A DNA stretch of 64,000 nt from an uncultured Acidobacteriota bacterium (GCA_963804995.1 CAWDSK010000005.1:1056001-1120000); one strand, 5' to 3'. Positions 29,802-40,616 are shown, counted from the first letter of the stretch. Notes: generated by a model not told the origin, from the letters alone. Program-made: numbers and translations.

Positions 29802-32800
29802 ATGATGGATAAACGAATCTCTGGATCCTGGCGCACAGCCTGGGAATGCCTGTTGGCCAGTATGGCGCTGGCCGTGTTGACCTTGGTCAGCTTTCGGCTC
29901 CATGCCGGTCCTGCCATGGCCGCCCTCCTCTTCTTTTTTTTGGTCGTATTGATTTCCCTGTGGGCAGGGTTTCTTTCGACGGTCTTTGCCTGCGCCGTGG
30001 CCGCTTTATGCTTTGTCTACTTCTTTACTCAACCGCTTTACCATCTTTGGATGAGCGAGCCCGTGGAAATTGCCGCGACGATTGCGTTCTCGAGTACCGC
30101 CCTAATCATTAGCCGCCTGTTGTCAAGGGTAAGAGAGCGGACCGCCGAGCTCCAGCAGGCCAACGAGCAGTTGCAGGCGGAAATCGCCGAGCGCAGGCGT
30201 GCGGAAGAAGGGGTTCGGCAAAGGGAAGCGGAGCTTCGGCAGCTTATCGACGCCATCCCTCAGCATGTCGTCGTCCTGGATCCGGATGGAAGTTTTCTTT
30301 ACTTGAATCAGGTTGCCCTCGAATACAGCGGTCTAACCCTGGAAGGCAGTTTGGCGAAGGAGTGTGTCCAGCAAAGGCTGGTATGTTCAGTGGGAGTTAG
30401 TCCCACCAAGGCAAGAGTCAGGAGCCTTGTAGCTTGGGTCGCATCCGTGGAGGAAACGAAGCGGATGAAGCTGACCGACAAAGCCATCCAAGGGATGGTG
30501 AGCGAGTCACCGGGCCGTAACGCAAGTGAACCCATAGGTGGCCTCGACAAAAAAATAGATCCGGAGGCCGAGCCCTCTCCTTCGGGGCGAAGGCAGCATG
30601 GCATGACGTGGGCTGACCGAGACGACATGTCACTCCGGCGGGGTGGTAGGGGCAGCACGGTGGCAAGGGCATGTCAAGCAACTGGAGAAACCGTCCTCGT
30701 CCCATCGAGAGATCGGTGGAGCAGGGTAGGCCGTATAACCGGAGACAACGGGAAATCGGCTGACGGCGAGACGGTGGCGGTTAGGCTCGAAGTAGCGACG
30801 AAGTGGGGTAACGCCCATGGAGCGAAGGGGCCTTGCTGCACAGCAAGTCTTGGCCAACATGGGAGGCAGGGGTGAAATGATAAAAGCGCCCTTTAAGCTG
30901 CAAGACCTGCGGCGAAGACTTTACGTCAAGGCGAAGGCTGAACCGACTTGGCGATTCTGGGGGTTGTATGTCCACGTCTGCAAACGAGAAACTCTCTGGG
31001 AAGCGTATCAGCTAGCTAAGGAGAACAAGGGAGCCCCAGGAGTAGATGGGGTCACGTTCCAGGCAATCGAGGCTGAAGGCTTGCAGGGATTTCTCGAACA
31101 GCTTCGCGAGGAGCTGGTGCAGCGGAGATATCGACCTCGACGGCTGCGGAAGGTAGGGATTCCGAAGGAGGGCGGAAAGGTTCGCCAACTTTCGATTCCT
31201 TGCATTCGCGACCGAGTGGTCCAGGGAGCGTTGAAGCTGATCCTGGAACCGATCTTTGAGGCCGATTTCCAACCGGGATCGTTTGGCTACCGGCCGAAGA
31301 AGTCAGCCCACGCTGCGATTCAACGCGTCTCGGAGGCAATCGTGCGGCACATGACCTTTGTCGTTGATCTCAACTTGCGTTCCTACTTCGATACGGTTCG
31401 ACATTCCCTCGTACTGGAGAAGGTGGCACGGCGAGTGAACGACACCGAGGTCCTAGGGCTGCTCAAACTGCTGCTGAAGGCGTCGGGGAAGCAGGGTGTT
31501 CCGCAAGGCGGGGTGATTTCGCCCTTGCTCAGTAACGTGTACCTCAATGAGGTGGACAAGATGCTGGAAAAGGCGAAGGAAGTCACCCGCGAGGGGCGGT
31601 GGATGAACGTCGAATATGCCAGATTCGCCGATGATCTGGTGGTTCTGGTGAACGCTCATCCCCGGCAGGCCTGGCTTCGCAAGGCAGTGGAAAAGCGGCT
31701 ACGGGAGGAGTTGGCCAAGCTGCAGGTTGAGGTGAACGAGGAGAAAAGCCGGAGGGTGGATCTTCAGCAAGGAGAGAGTTTCGGATTTCTGGGGTTTGAG
31801 TTCCGTCGCATCCGCAGTCGGCGGGGCCGATGGATGCCGCTGCGTACGCCGCGGGGCAAGAAGCGGACGGCATTGCTACGCAAGCTCAAGCTAGTTTTCC
31901 GGAGCTATCGCTCTCAGCCTGTGAGGGGGTTGATCGAGCAGATCAATCCCATTCTGCGCGGCTGGGTGAACTACTTTGCGGTCGGGCACTCCAGCCGGTG
32001 CTTCTCGTATATCCGCGACTGGGTAGAGAAGAAGATTCGGTGCCACTTGGCGAGGGCCAGACAACGCCCAGGCTTCGGATGGAAGCGGTGGCGTAAGGAG
32101 TGGCTGTATGGCACGCTCGGGCTCTTCCACGAGTACCGCGTGGTCCATCAGTCATCCTCCTGGGCAGCCGCCCCGACCCGATAGGCCCCATAACCCTTGC
32201 CGTGAAGTGTGCAGGAACGCGTAGTGCGGGAAATCCGCACGCTACGTGTGATGTGGCGGGAGCTGGAAACGGGGCTCGGAGCTTTCTCGGAGCCGCCGCG
32301 CCAGTTCCCGACCCTACCTCTCTGACGAAGCTCTTTCACCCCGACGATCTGGAAAGAGTAGTGGGGGAACGCCAGCAGACGATTTCACGCGGCGTGCCAT
32401 GGGATGCGGAAGTGCGGATACGCGGAAAAGACGGCGACTACCGCTGGTTCATAATCCGTCTCAACCCTCTGCGGGACGAGCAGGGACGCATCCTTCGGTG
32501 GTATGGCACAAGTACCGACATCGAGGATCGCAAGCGGGCCGAAGAAACCTTGCGGGGGCAGGCAGATCTTCTCAATCTCACGCACGACGCCATTTTTGTA
32601 GCGGATATGGAGGGGGTGATCAAGTACTGGAATCATGGCAGCGAGGAGCGGTACGGCTGGACCGCCGAGCAAGCGGTGGGCACAGTTGTTCACGACCTGC
32701 TGAAGACAGTCTTCCCGGCGCCGCTGGAGCAAATCAAAACGGAAGTGATACGTAAAGGTCGCTGGGATGGCGAACTTGTGCATACCAAGAAGGACGGAAC

Positions 32801-35699
32801 CCGGGTAGTGGTGGCGAGCCGTTGGTCTTTGCAGCGGGACAAGCAAGGCGCGCCAGTTGCCATCCTGGAAACCAACAACGATATCACGGACCGCAAGCGG
32901 GCGGAGGAGGCGTTGCGTCGTTTGAACCGCGAACTGCGAGCGATCAGCAACTGTAACCAGATCCTCCTGCGCGCCACTGACGAGCAGAGCTTGCTCGAAG
33001 AAATCTGCCGGATCGTCTGCCAGGAGGCCGGTTACCGCATGGCGTGGGTGGCCTATGCCGAGCACGACGAGGCCAAGAGCGTGCGCCCTGCCGCGTGGAC
33101 CGGGACCGAGGAGGGATATCTCGCAAACCTCGGCATTACTTGGGCCGACACGGAGCGCGGGTGGAGCCCTACCGGGACAGCCATCCGCAGCGGGAAAAGT
33201 TGCTGCATTCAGGATTTCGCCACGGATCCCCGCCTGGCGCCCTGGCGGGAGAGCGTTTTGCAGCACGTTTTTCTTTCCGGCATCGCCCTGCCGCTTAAGG
33301 ACGAACACGCGAGCGCCTTCGGCAGTCTTAGCATTTATTCCGCACAGCCCAACGCTTTTACGTCGGAAGAGATTCGGCTGCTGGAGGAACTGGCTGGCGA
33401 CCTGGCGTTCGGCATCATCACCCTGCGATCGCGGGCCACTGGCGAACGGGCAGAGCTGGCTCTGCGGCAGAGTGAGGCTTATTTAGCGGAATCGCAGAGG
33501 CTGACCCACACGGGTAGTTGGGCTTTGGATTTGGCCAGCGACAAGTATGTCTACGTTTCGGAGGAGGACTTTAGACTTTGGGGATTTGATGCGCAAGAGG
33601 GTTTACCGTCGCGGGAAGCAGTTTTCCGACGAATCCACCCGGAGGATCGGGACAAGATGAGAGCGAGCTTTGAGAAGTCGCTTCGCGAAAAAGTAGATTC
33701 CTCCGACGAGTACAGGATCGTGCTGCCCGACGGAACGGTCAAACATGTTCACACCATCCGCCACCCTGTCCTGAATGGCGCGGGAGACCTCGTTAAATTG
33801 GTGGGCACATCAGTGGATATCACGGAACGCAAACAGGCGGAGGAAGCGCTGCGCGAGAGCGAGACGCGCTTTCGCACCTTTGTGGACCACGCCGCGGACG
33901 CCTTCTTCATCCTGGACTTCGAGCAAGGAACCATTATTGATGTGAACCGGAGCGCCTGCGAGAGCCTTGGTTATACGCGGCAGGAACTGATCGGGACGAT
34001 GGGGCTTGCCTTCGACCAGAACGTGGATCGAGCGGTTACGGAATCGATCGCGGAGCGGACGGCGGCGGGCGAAACCGTGATCGACACGCACTGGCATCAG
34101 CGCAAGGACGGGACGCTGTTCCCTGTGGAAGTACACACCAGCCAGTATTGGCGGGGAGGCCGTCGCTTCCTGCTGAAGGTAGCCCGGGACACCAGTGACC
34201 GTTTGCGGGCCGAGGAAGCGCGCGCCTACCTCGCCTCCATCGTGGAGTCCTCCGACGACGCGATAATCGGAAGATCCATGGAGGGGATCATTCAATCCTG
34301 GAACCGGGGCGCGGAGAGGCTCTATGGGTATACGGCCCAGGAGGCGATTGGCCAGCCGATCACCCTGGTGATTCCACCCGACCGTGCCCAAGAATTCGTG
34401 AGTAGCGACCGCCTCAAACGGGGAGAGCCGATTCAGGAGTTCGAAACCGTTCGGGTGGGGAAAGATGGCCGGCGAATCGATGTGTCAGTCATTATCTCCC
34501 CTATGAAGGACGCCGCCGGTCGCGTGCTCGGCGCCGCGACGGTCGCCCGCGACATCACCGAGCGCAAGCGCGCTCAGGAGGCACTGCGGAGAAGCGAGGC
34601 TTATCTGGCGGAAGGGCAGCGGCTGAGTCACACAAGCAGTTGGGCTTTCGATTTGGCCAGCAACAAGTATATCTACGTTTCGGAGGAAAACTTCCGAATT
34701 TTTGAAATGGATGCACAAGAGGGTCTACCGAACAGGGAAGCGATTTCCCGACTTATCCACCCGGAGGATTGGGACAGGGTGAACGAGGCCTTTGAGAAGT
34801 CGCTCCGCGAAAAAGTAGATGCCTCGAGCGAGTTCAGGATCGTGCTGCCCAGCGGAACGGTCAAACATCTTCAGGCGATCCGGCACCCAGTCCTGAATGA
34901 TGCGGGAGACGTCGTTGAACTGGTGGGTAGCGTGATCGATATTACGGAACGCAAGCGCGCCGAACAAGAGCGCGAGAGGCTGCGCCAACTCGAGGCGGAT
35001 CTCGCGCACCTCGACCGCGTAAGCATGATGGGGGAACTGGCAGCCTCCATCGCCCACGAAGTCAACCAGCCGCTTTCGGGCGTCGTGGTCAACGCCAATG
35101 CCTGCTTGCGTTGGCTGGCGGGAGATTCGCCCAATCTTGACGAAGCCCGGGAGACTGTCCGGCGTATCGTCCGCGACGGGAAGCGGGCGGGAGACGTGAT
35201 CGCCCGCATTCGGGCTCTGGCGACGAAAACAGCCACCACCAAGGAACGGCTGGATATGAACGAGGCCATTCGGGAGGTCGTGGCTTTTGCCCAGGACGAA
35301 GTCCGCAGGAATCGTGTGACCCTGCGAACCGAATTCGCGCCTGATCTCTCCCTGGTGTGGGGCGATCGAGTGCAGCTTCAGCAGGTGGCCCTTAACCTGG
35401 TCATGAACGCGGTCGAAGCCATGAGCAGCGTGGAAGAGCGGCCGCGAGAGCTGATCGTCAGAACGCAAAACGATGATGCCGGCCAGGTGCGGGTTACCGT
35501 CCAAGACTCGGGGATGGGGCTTGACCCGCAGAGCATGGAACGGATTTTTGATGCTTTCTACACCACCAAGCACGGGGGAATGGGCATGGGGCTCTCGATT
35601 AGTCGTTCCATTATCCAGAATCACGGGGGCAAGCTATGGGCGGTGGCGAATGACGGGCCAGGCATAAGCGTTCAGTTTACTATTCCCAAGTACCAATAG
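29802..35699 (+). CDS. multi-sensor histidine kinase (DUF4118-like TM, 6 PAS, GAF, HisKA, HATPase) split by a group II intron; join(29802..30361,32318..35699), ~1313 aa
   Basis: Spliced junction reads LAK-D-SLTKLFHPDD in frame; IAHEVNQP H-box, QVALNLVMNA, DSGMG, FYTTK.GGMGMGL. Confidence 0.92.
30362..32317 (+). mobile_element. group II intron, 1956 nt
   Basis: 5' GTGTG, 3' CCCTAC; domain V GAACGCGTAGTGCGGGAAATCCGCACGCTACGT at ~32215-32250; EBS1 TCCTTC (30578-30583) in a GCCC/GGGC loop complements exon IBS1 GAAGGA (30356-30361). Confidence 0.93.
30877..32184 (+). CDS. ltrA: group II intron RT/maturase without endonuclease domain
   Basis: GAPGVDG, IPCIRDRVVQ, SFGYRP, PQGGVISPLLSN, RFADD, maturase INPILRGWVNYF. 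Confidence 0.95.
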   Translation: MIKAPFKLQDLRRRLYVKAKAEPTWRFWGLYVHVCKRETLWEAYQLAKENKGAPGVDGVTFQAIEAEGLQGFLEQLREELVQRRYRPRRLRKVGIPKEGGKVRQLSIPCIRDRVVQGALKLILEPIFEADFQPGSFGYRPKKSAHAAIQRVSEAIVRHMTFVVDLNLRSYFDTVRHSLVLEKVARRVNDTEVLGLLKLLLKASGKQGVPQGGVISPLLSNVYLNEVDKMLEKAKEVTREGRWMNVEYARFADDLVVLVNAHPRQAWLRKAVEKRLREELAKLQVEVNEEKSRRVDLQQGESFGFLGFEFRRIRSRRGRWMPLRTPRGKKRTALLRKLKLVFRSYRSQPVRGLIEQINPILRGWVNYFAVGHSSRCFSYIRDWVEKKIRCHLARARQRPGFGWKRWRKEWLYGTLGLFHEYRVVHQSSSWAAAPTR

Positions 35700-35708
35700 G
35701 AGTCCCCT

Positions 35709-36338
35709 TTGCCGGAGCCTGACGCATTAGTCTTGGTTGTGGACGACGACGTGTCGGTGCGCGAGGCTTTGGAAGGTTTGATTCGGTCCGCGGGATTGAG
35801 GGCCGAGACCTTTCGCTCGGCGCAGGAGTTTTTGGCTCGCCCGAGGGCCGATGTGCCAAGCTGCTTGGTATTGGATGTTCGGCTGCCGGGTCTGAGCGGG
35901 CTCGAGCTTCAGAAGCGCATGGCCGAGGCCAACCTGGAGATTCCGATTATTTTTATTACCGGCCACGGCAATGTTCCGGCTGCGGTGCAGGCCATGAAAG
36001 CGGGTGCGCAGGAGTTTCTTACCAAGCCCTTCACGGACCGGGACCTGTTAGACGCGATTCAAAAGGCGATAAATTGCGATCGGGTGGCGCGCCGGCATCA
36101 GGCAGAAATGCGCGAGTTGCGCGGCCGGTATGAATCCTTAACGCCGCGCGAACGAGAGGTTATGGAGCTGGTGGTCTCCGGGTTGCTGAATAAACAAGTG
36201 GCCGCTGAACTGGGGACCAGCGTGATTACGGTTAAAATTCAGCGCGGCCAGGTTATGCGCAAGATGCGGGCCGACTCTTTGGCCGACCTGGTGAGAATGT
36301 CCGAGAGCCTGGGGATACGGCGCGTGAAGAAATTGTAG
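35709..36338 (+). CDS. FixJ/NodW-type response regulator (REC + LuxR HTH)
   Basis: [37 protein letters not shown]. Confidence 0.93.
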   Translation: MPEPDALVLVVDDDVSVREALEGLIRSAGLRAETFRSAQEFLARPRADVPSCLVLDVRLPGLSGLELQKRMAEANLEIPIIFITGHGNVPAAVQAMKAGAQEFLTKPFTDRDLLDAIQKAINCDRVARRHQAEMRELRGRYESLTPREREVMELVVSGLLNKQVAAELGTSVITVKIQRGQVMRKMRADSLADLVRMSESLGIRRVKKL

Positions 36339-36424
36339 GTCCGGGCCGCCCTCCTCCCCCCAGACGAACTTAATACCAAGGTGTGATAGACAAGGCCACT
36401 TGCCAGGGTGCTAAATGAACCTGT

Positions 36425-36814
36425 ATGGCGAAGGTTCCTCTAATTACGGTAGTTGATGACGACGAGTCGGTCCGTGAATCCCTGGACGGTTTATTGAGGT
36501 CCGTGGGGTTTGCGGCGAAGGTATTTGCTTCGGCCGAAGAGTTCTTGAATTCGGACCATCTGAGCGATATCGACTGCCTGTTGCTGGATGTGCGCCTGCC
36601 GGGCATGAACGGGATCGAACTCCACCATCACTTGGTGGCCAATCGCAGTGAGGTACCCGTTATCTTCATCACAGCCCATGGATCTGAGGAAGGGGTGCGC
36701 TCCCAGGCTTTGCGGAACGGCGCGGTGGATTATCTGATCAAGCCACTCAGTGAAGATACGGTGTTGAATGCGGTCCAGAAGGCTCTGAGCGCGAAGCAAC
36801 ATACCCAGGGATAA
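36425..36814 (+). CDS. single-domain response regulator
   Basis: VDDD, LDVRLPG, ITAH, IKP; no output domain. Confidence 0.92.
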   Translation: MAKVPLITVVDDDESVRESLDGLLRSVGFAAKVFASAEEFLNSDHLSDIDCLLLDVRLPGMNGIELHHHLVANRSEVPVIFITAHGSEEGVRSQALRNGAVDYLIKPLSEDTVLNAVQKALSAKQHTQG

Positions 36815-36915
36815 TCTTAATTCAAGAACCTATAACCATAGGTTATTGCGGGATTGATTAAACGCAGTGAGGTTTTCCTGTCAAACCCATTGGACAATCG
36901 TAGGGAGGCTTTCCC

Positions 36916-38394
36916 ATGAGTGACAGAGGCGCTCCAATCTACTTGGTAGACGACGATGTATCGGTGCGGGAATCGGTGGGAAGTCTGATTCGCTCCGCAG
37001 GATTCCGGGCGAAAACGTTCGCGTCGGCGCAGGAGTGTTTAGCCGGCCTGCAAGCTGAACAGCCGAGCTGTTTGGTACTGGATGTGCAGCTCCCGGGGCT
37101 AAGCGGACTCGATCTTCAACAAGAGCTTGCCAAGGCGGATGTGCAACTCCCGATTATTTTCCTGACCGGCCACGGCGACATTCCCATGTCCGTACGCGCC
37201 ATGAAAGCCGGCGCCCTGGAGTTCTTGACCAAGCCCTGTGACGGTGAAGATCTACTGAATGCTATCCGGCAGGGTATCGCTCGTCATCAGGCAGCCCGGC
37301 AGCCAAGTCAAAACCTGGCGCAGCATAGTTTTGACGGCAGCATCGGTGCGAGGGCAGAATCAAGCGATAAACTCGCGCCGGAAAAGCTCTACCTGGGGGA
37401 AGAAATCTGTCGGGAGGCGAACTTCGAAGGCATCGTGGGACAGAGTCCAGCCCTCCGGGAGGTGCTGAAACTCGTCGAAGTGGTGGCGGCAAGCGATTCG
37501 ACCGTGCTCGTGTTGGGAGAGACGGGCACCGGCAAGGAACTCATTGCGCGCGCTATTCACAATCGCAGCCTGCGCAAGCAACGAGGTTTTGTCAAGCTCA
37601 ACTGCGCCGCGGTGCCCAGCGGCTTGCTTGAGAGTGAACTGTTTGGCCACGAGCGCGGCGCCTTCACGGGCGCCATCACGCAAAGGGCCGGGCGGCTCGA
37701 AGTTGCAGATCAGGGTACGCTGTTCCTGGATGAGGTCGGGGACATCCCTTTGGAAATCCAACCGAAACTGCTGCGCGTATTGCAGGAGCGGGAATTCGAG
37801 CGATTGGGCAGTACGCGGACGAAGAAAGTTGACGTTCGGGTCGTGGCGGCAACCCATCGTGCCCTGGAAGAAATGATCGTGGAGAAGCAGTTTCGCCTCG
37901 ATCTCTACTACCGTCTGAATGTTTTCCCCATTCATATTCCACCCTTGCGCGAACGTCCGGAAGACATTCCGCTGCTCGTTTGTCATTTCGTCCGGCAATT
38001 CGCCCAGCGAATGAACAAGACCATTGATGGGATTTCTTGCGACACGATGGAGGCGCTGATTCGATACTCATGGCCGGGGAACATCCGGGAGCTGCAAAAC
38101 GTTATCGAACGATCAGTGATTGTTCACGTAAAAGGGAACCTCTCAGTCAAGCAGAGCTGGCTTGCTCACGAATGCCTCGCCACCGGATCGGCAACAGCGT
38201 CGTCCTTCAGAAAGTCGGTGAGGGAGGAGCGAAAAGTGATTGGCGCGGCCTTGGCCGAGACGCGCGGCCGAGTGTCGGGACCGTTGGGCGCGGCCGCCAA
38301 GCTGGGCATTCCTCCTTCGACTCTGGAATCGAAGATCCGAGCGATGAAGATCAACAAGCATAGCTTCAAGACCTTCAGTGCCGTTCCAAGCTAA
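36916..38394 (+). CDS. sigma54-dependent enhancer-binding response regulator (REC + AAA+ + Fis-like HTH, FhlA-like C-terminus)
   Basis: [57 protein letters not shown]. Confidence 0.96.
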   Translation: MSDRGAPIYLVDDDVSVRESVGSLIRSAGFRAKTFASAQECLAGLQAEQPSCLVLDVQLPGLSGLDLQQELAKADVQLPIIFLTGHGDIPMSVRAMKAGALEFLTKPCDGEDLLNAIRQGIARHQAARQPSQNLAQHSFDGSIGARAESSDKLAPEKLYLGEEICREANFEGIVGQSPALREVLKLVEVVAASDSTVLVLGETGTGKELIARAIHNRSLRKQRGFVKLNCAAVPSGLLESELFGHERGAFTGAITQRAGRLEVADQGTLFLDEVGDIPLEIQPKLLRVLQEREFERLGSTRTKKVDVRVVAATHRALEEMIVEKQFRLDLYYRLNVFPIHIPPLRERPEDIPLLVCHFVRQFAQRMNKTIDGISCDTMEALIRYSWPGNIRELQNVIERSVIVHVKGNLSVKQSWLAHECLATGSATASSFRKSVREERKVIGAALAETRGRVSGPLGAAAKLGIPPSTLESKIRAMKINKHSFKTFSAVPS

Positions 38395-38576
38395 TGAATC
38401 TCGGGGCGTTTGACTTTATTGCCTACCCGTATCGGGCGGAGGATGTGTGGATTCTAGGCACAGCGCTCCGCAGACGCCCTGAGCCTGCGCGGAAACCCAA
38501 GACTAACTCGGGGCGCGGAACCTCCGCCCAACCTTACTCGCCCAACCTTACTCCCCCCAGCTATCCAATCTAGGTA

Positions 38577-38669
38577 TTCGCGAACTTCGTGAATTCGCGA
38601 GAAGATTGCGGCGGTGAGATGCGCGAACCTTAGCGTTTTCAAGAGGTTGCAATTGGCGCTTGCATTGCA
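38577..38669 (+). promoter_or_regulatory. sigma54 promoter cassette 7
   Basis: TTCGCGAA-c-TTCGTGAATTCGCGAG (38586-38601); IHF-like TTTCAAGAGGTTG 38637-38649; GG 38655-38656, GC 38667-38668. Confidence 0.9.
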
Positions 38670-38741
38670 TTGATGAAGCTGAGGGACTGCCAGGAAGGTG
38701 TGAAGTGGGTTGTCCAGTTTTTAGCTAGCGAGGAGAAAAAC

Positions 38742-39506
38742 ATGTTACGCAAGTTAAGATACATTGTGGTGTTGGTCGTAGTTATGGCCGCCGTGCTTCT
38801 AGTGGGCGCGTGCAAGAAGAAGGTGGCAGCGCCACCTCCGCCGCCGCCCCCGCCGCCCGCACCGCCAGCCCCCACCGTCACACTGACTGCCGAGCCCAGC
38901 ACTATCGAACGTGGACAATCCGTCACCCTGAGCTGGACTTCGGAGAACGCCACCGACTTGGACCTGCAACCCGGGATCGGCAAGGTTCAAGCCCAGGGGT
39001 CACAGACCGCCACACCACAGGACTCAACCACTTATACCCTGACGGCCACCGGTCCGGGTGGAACCAATACCGCCACGGCGCGTGTGACGGTCACCATTCC
39101 GCCTCCGCCTCCGCCACCACCGCCGGCACCCAAGCCCGCGGAGTTGAGCGAGGAGCAGTTGTTTGAACAGTTCATCAAACCTGCGTACTTTGATTTTGAC
39201 AAGGCTGACATCCGCTCGGATGCGCAAGCAGCACTTACCTCCGACGGCGATTTCCTGAAAGAGCACACGAGTATCAAATTCACCATTGAAGGGAATTGCG
39301 ACGAGCGCGGGAGCGAAGAATACAACCTGGGCTTAGGCGATAGGCGCGCGACTTCGGCCAAGAATTTCCTGGTCAACCTCGGGGTGACAGCCGATCGGAT
39401 TTCCACCATTTCCTATGGAAAGAGCCGGCCGGTCTGTAGCGAGAGCACCGAGGAGTGCTGGCAGAAGAACCGCCGAGCAGGGTTCAGGCCCGGCACCAGT
39501 CAGTAG
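38742..39506 (+). CDS. pal: peptidoglycan-associated OmpA/Pal-like lipoprotein with poly-Pro linkers and an Ig-like domain
   Basis: Lipobox VGAC, YFDFDK, IEGNCDERGSEEYNLGLGDRRA, NRR. Confidence 0.9.
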   Translation: MLRKLRYIVVLVVVMAAVLLVGACKKKVAAPPPPPPPPPAPPAPTVTLTAEPSTIERGQSVTLSWTSENATDLDLQPGIGKVQAQGSQTATPQDSTTYTLTATGPGGTNTATARVTVTIPPPPPPPPPAPKPAELSEEQLFEQFIKPAYFDFDKADIRSDAQAALTSDGDFLKEHTSIKFTIEGNCDERGSEEYNLGLGDRRATSAKNFLVNLGVTADRISTISYGKSRPVCSESTEECWQKNRRAGFRPGTSQ

Positions 39507-39536
39507 GACTCAACCTTTCACCAAAGGAGAGACCAT

Positions 39537-40064
39537 ATGAAGAAGCAGTCAGAGTCAATAACGCAGCCGGTAAAGGAAGCCATGCCCATGAAGTTGCTCC
39601 CTGCCAGCAATCTGTTGCATCGTATCGAGGATCTGTCCAACTCGATTGCCCGGCGTGCCTTCGAGATCTTTGACGGCCGCGGGCGCGGGCATGGGCACGA
39701 CCTTGAAGATTGGCTCCGGGCAGAGTCCGAGCTGTTTCATCCGGTGCATCTCGACATCGCCCAATCGGATTATGCCTACACCGTTCATCTGGAGGTGCCG
39801 GGCTTCAGCGCCAAAGATCTCGCGGTCGGCGTAGAGCCCCATCGTCTTACCGTCAGTGGCACGCGTGAAGTCAACGAAGAACGTAAAAGCAAAAAGACCA
39901 TCTACTCGGAACACTGCCTGAACCAAATCTTCCGCACGATTGACTTGCCTGGCGACGTTGACTCGTCGAAGGTCACGGCCACACTCGAGGATGGAGTGCT
40001 GGAACTCTCGATGCCGAAGACCGCCAAGGCGGAGAAGGTCCGGGTGGAAGAAAAGCCGGCGTAA
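39537..40064 (+). CDS. Hsp20/alpha-crystallin small heat shock protein
   Basis: EVPGF, FRTIDLP, ATLEDGVLELSMPK; N-terminal IARRAFEIF..RG..HGHDLEDWLRAE segment. Confidence 0.92.
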   Translation: MKKQSESITQPVKEAMPMKLLPASNLLHRIEDLSNSIARRAFEIFDGRGRGHGHDLEDWLRAESELFHPVHLDIAQSDYAYTVHLEVPGFSAKDLAVGVEPHRLTVSGTREVNEERKSKKTIYSEHCLNQIFRTIDLPGDVDSSKVTATLEDGVLELSMPKTAKAEKVRVEEKPA

Positions 40065-40144
40065 GGTTCCAAGTGCACCGAGCGTGCTTGGGTCAATCCA
40101 CCTCAGCCAAGGTGTGTACTTATGAAAGGAGAGGTCGATAAACC

Positions 40145-40472
40145 ATGCCGAAAATTGAACGGATTCTCTGTCCCATTGATTTCTCAGAATTTTCCGAGAA
40201 GGCTTATGACTATGCGCAGTCGCTGGCTTGGCATTACAAGGCAACTCGACAAACTGATTCCGCCGGAGGCAGCCAACGCCAAGAAGGTTAGAACCGTGGT
40301 GCGAATTGGCAGAGCCTACGAACAGATCATCCAACATGCCTCGGAGATTCAAGCCGACTTACTGATCATGGCAGTGCGTGGGCGCAACGCCTTGGATCTT
40401 GCGGTGTTTGGTTCCACAACCTATCGGGCGATCCAGTTAGGATCTTGCTCGGTGTTAGCAGTTCGCGTTTGA
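40145..40472 (+). pseudogene. universal stress protein with large internal deletion
   Basis: MPKIERILCPIDFSEFSEKAYDYAQSLAWHYKA joins out of frame near 40240 to QLDKLIP...AVFGSTTYRAIQLGSCSVLAV. Confidence 0.85.
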
Positions 40473-40616
40473 AAGCGCTGCGCACCGGTTGGGCAGGCAC
40501 GGTGTCCTGATGCCTATCTCCGGAATCAATCCCGGTGTTTGGAGACCTCCAGCCAAAAACGACATGAGGGAAAGGCTAACGATAAGGAAACAACTCAGCC
40601 CGGAGGGCAAGGATAA

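Noticed and set aside
29799..30875. 358-aa ORF, and the 1199-aa ORF at 32100, as independent genes
   Set aside because: They are exon 1 reading into intron RNA and exon 2 preceded by intron sequence
30877..32184. RT as a retron, DGR or defence-associated RT
   Set aside because: Maturase domain, domain V/VI, GTGTG...AC ends and EBS1/IBS1 pairing identify a group II intron
38528..38553. CCAACCTTACTC direct repeat upstream of cassette 7
   Set aside because: Only two copies and absent from the other six cassettes
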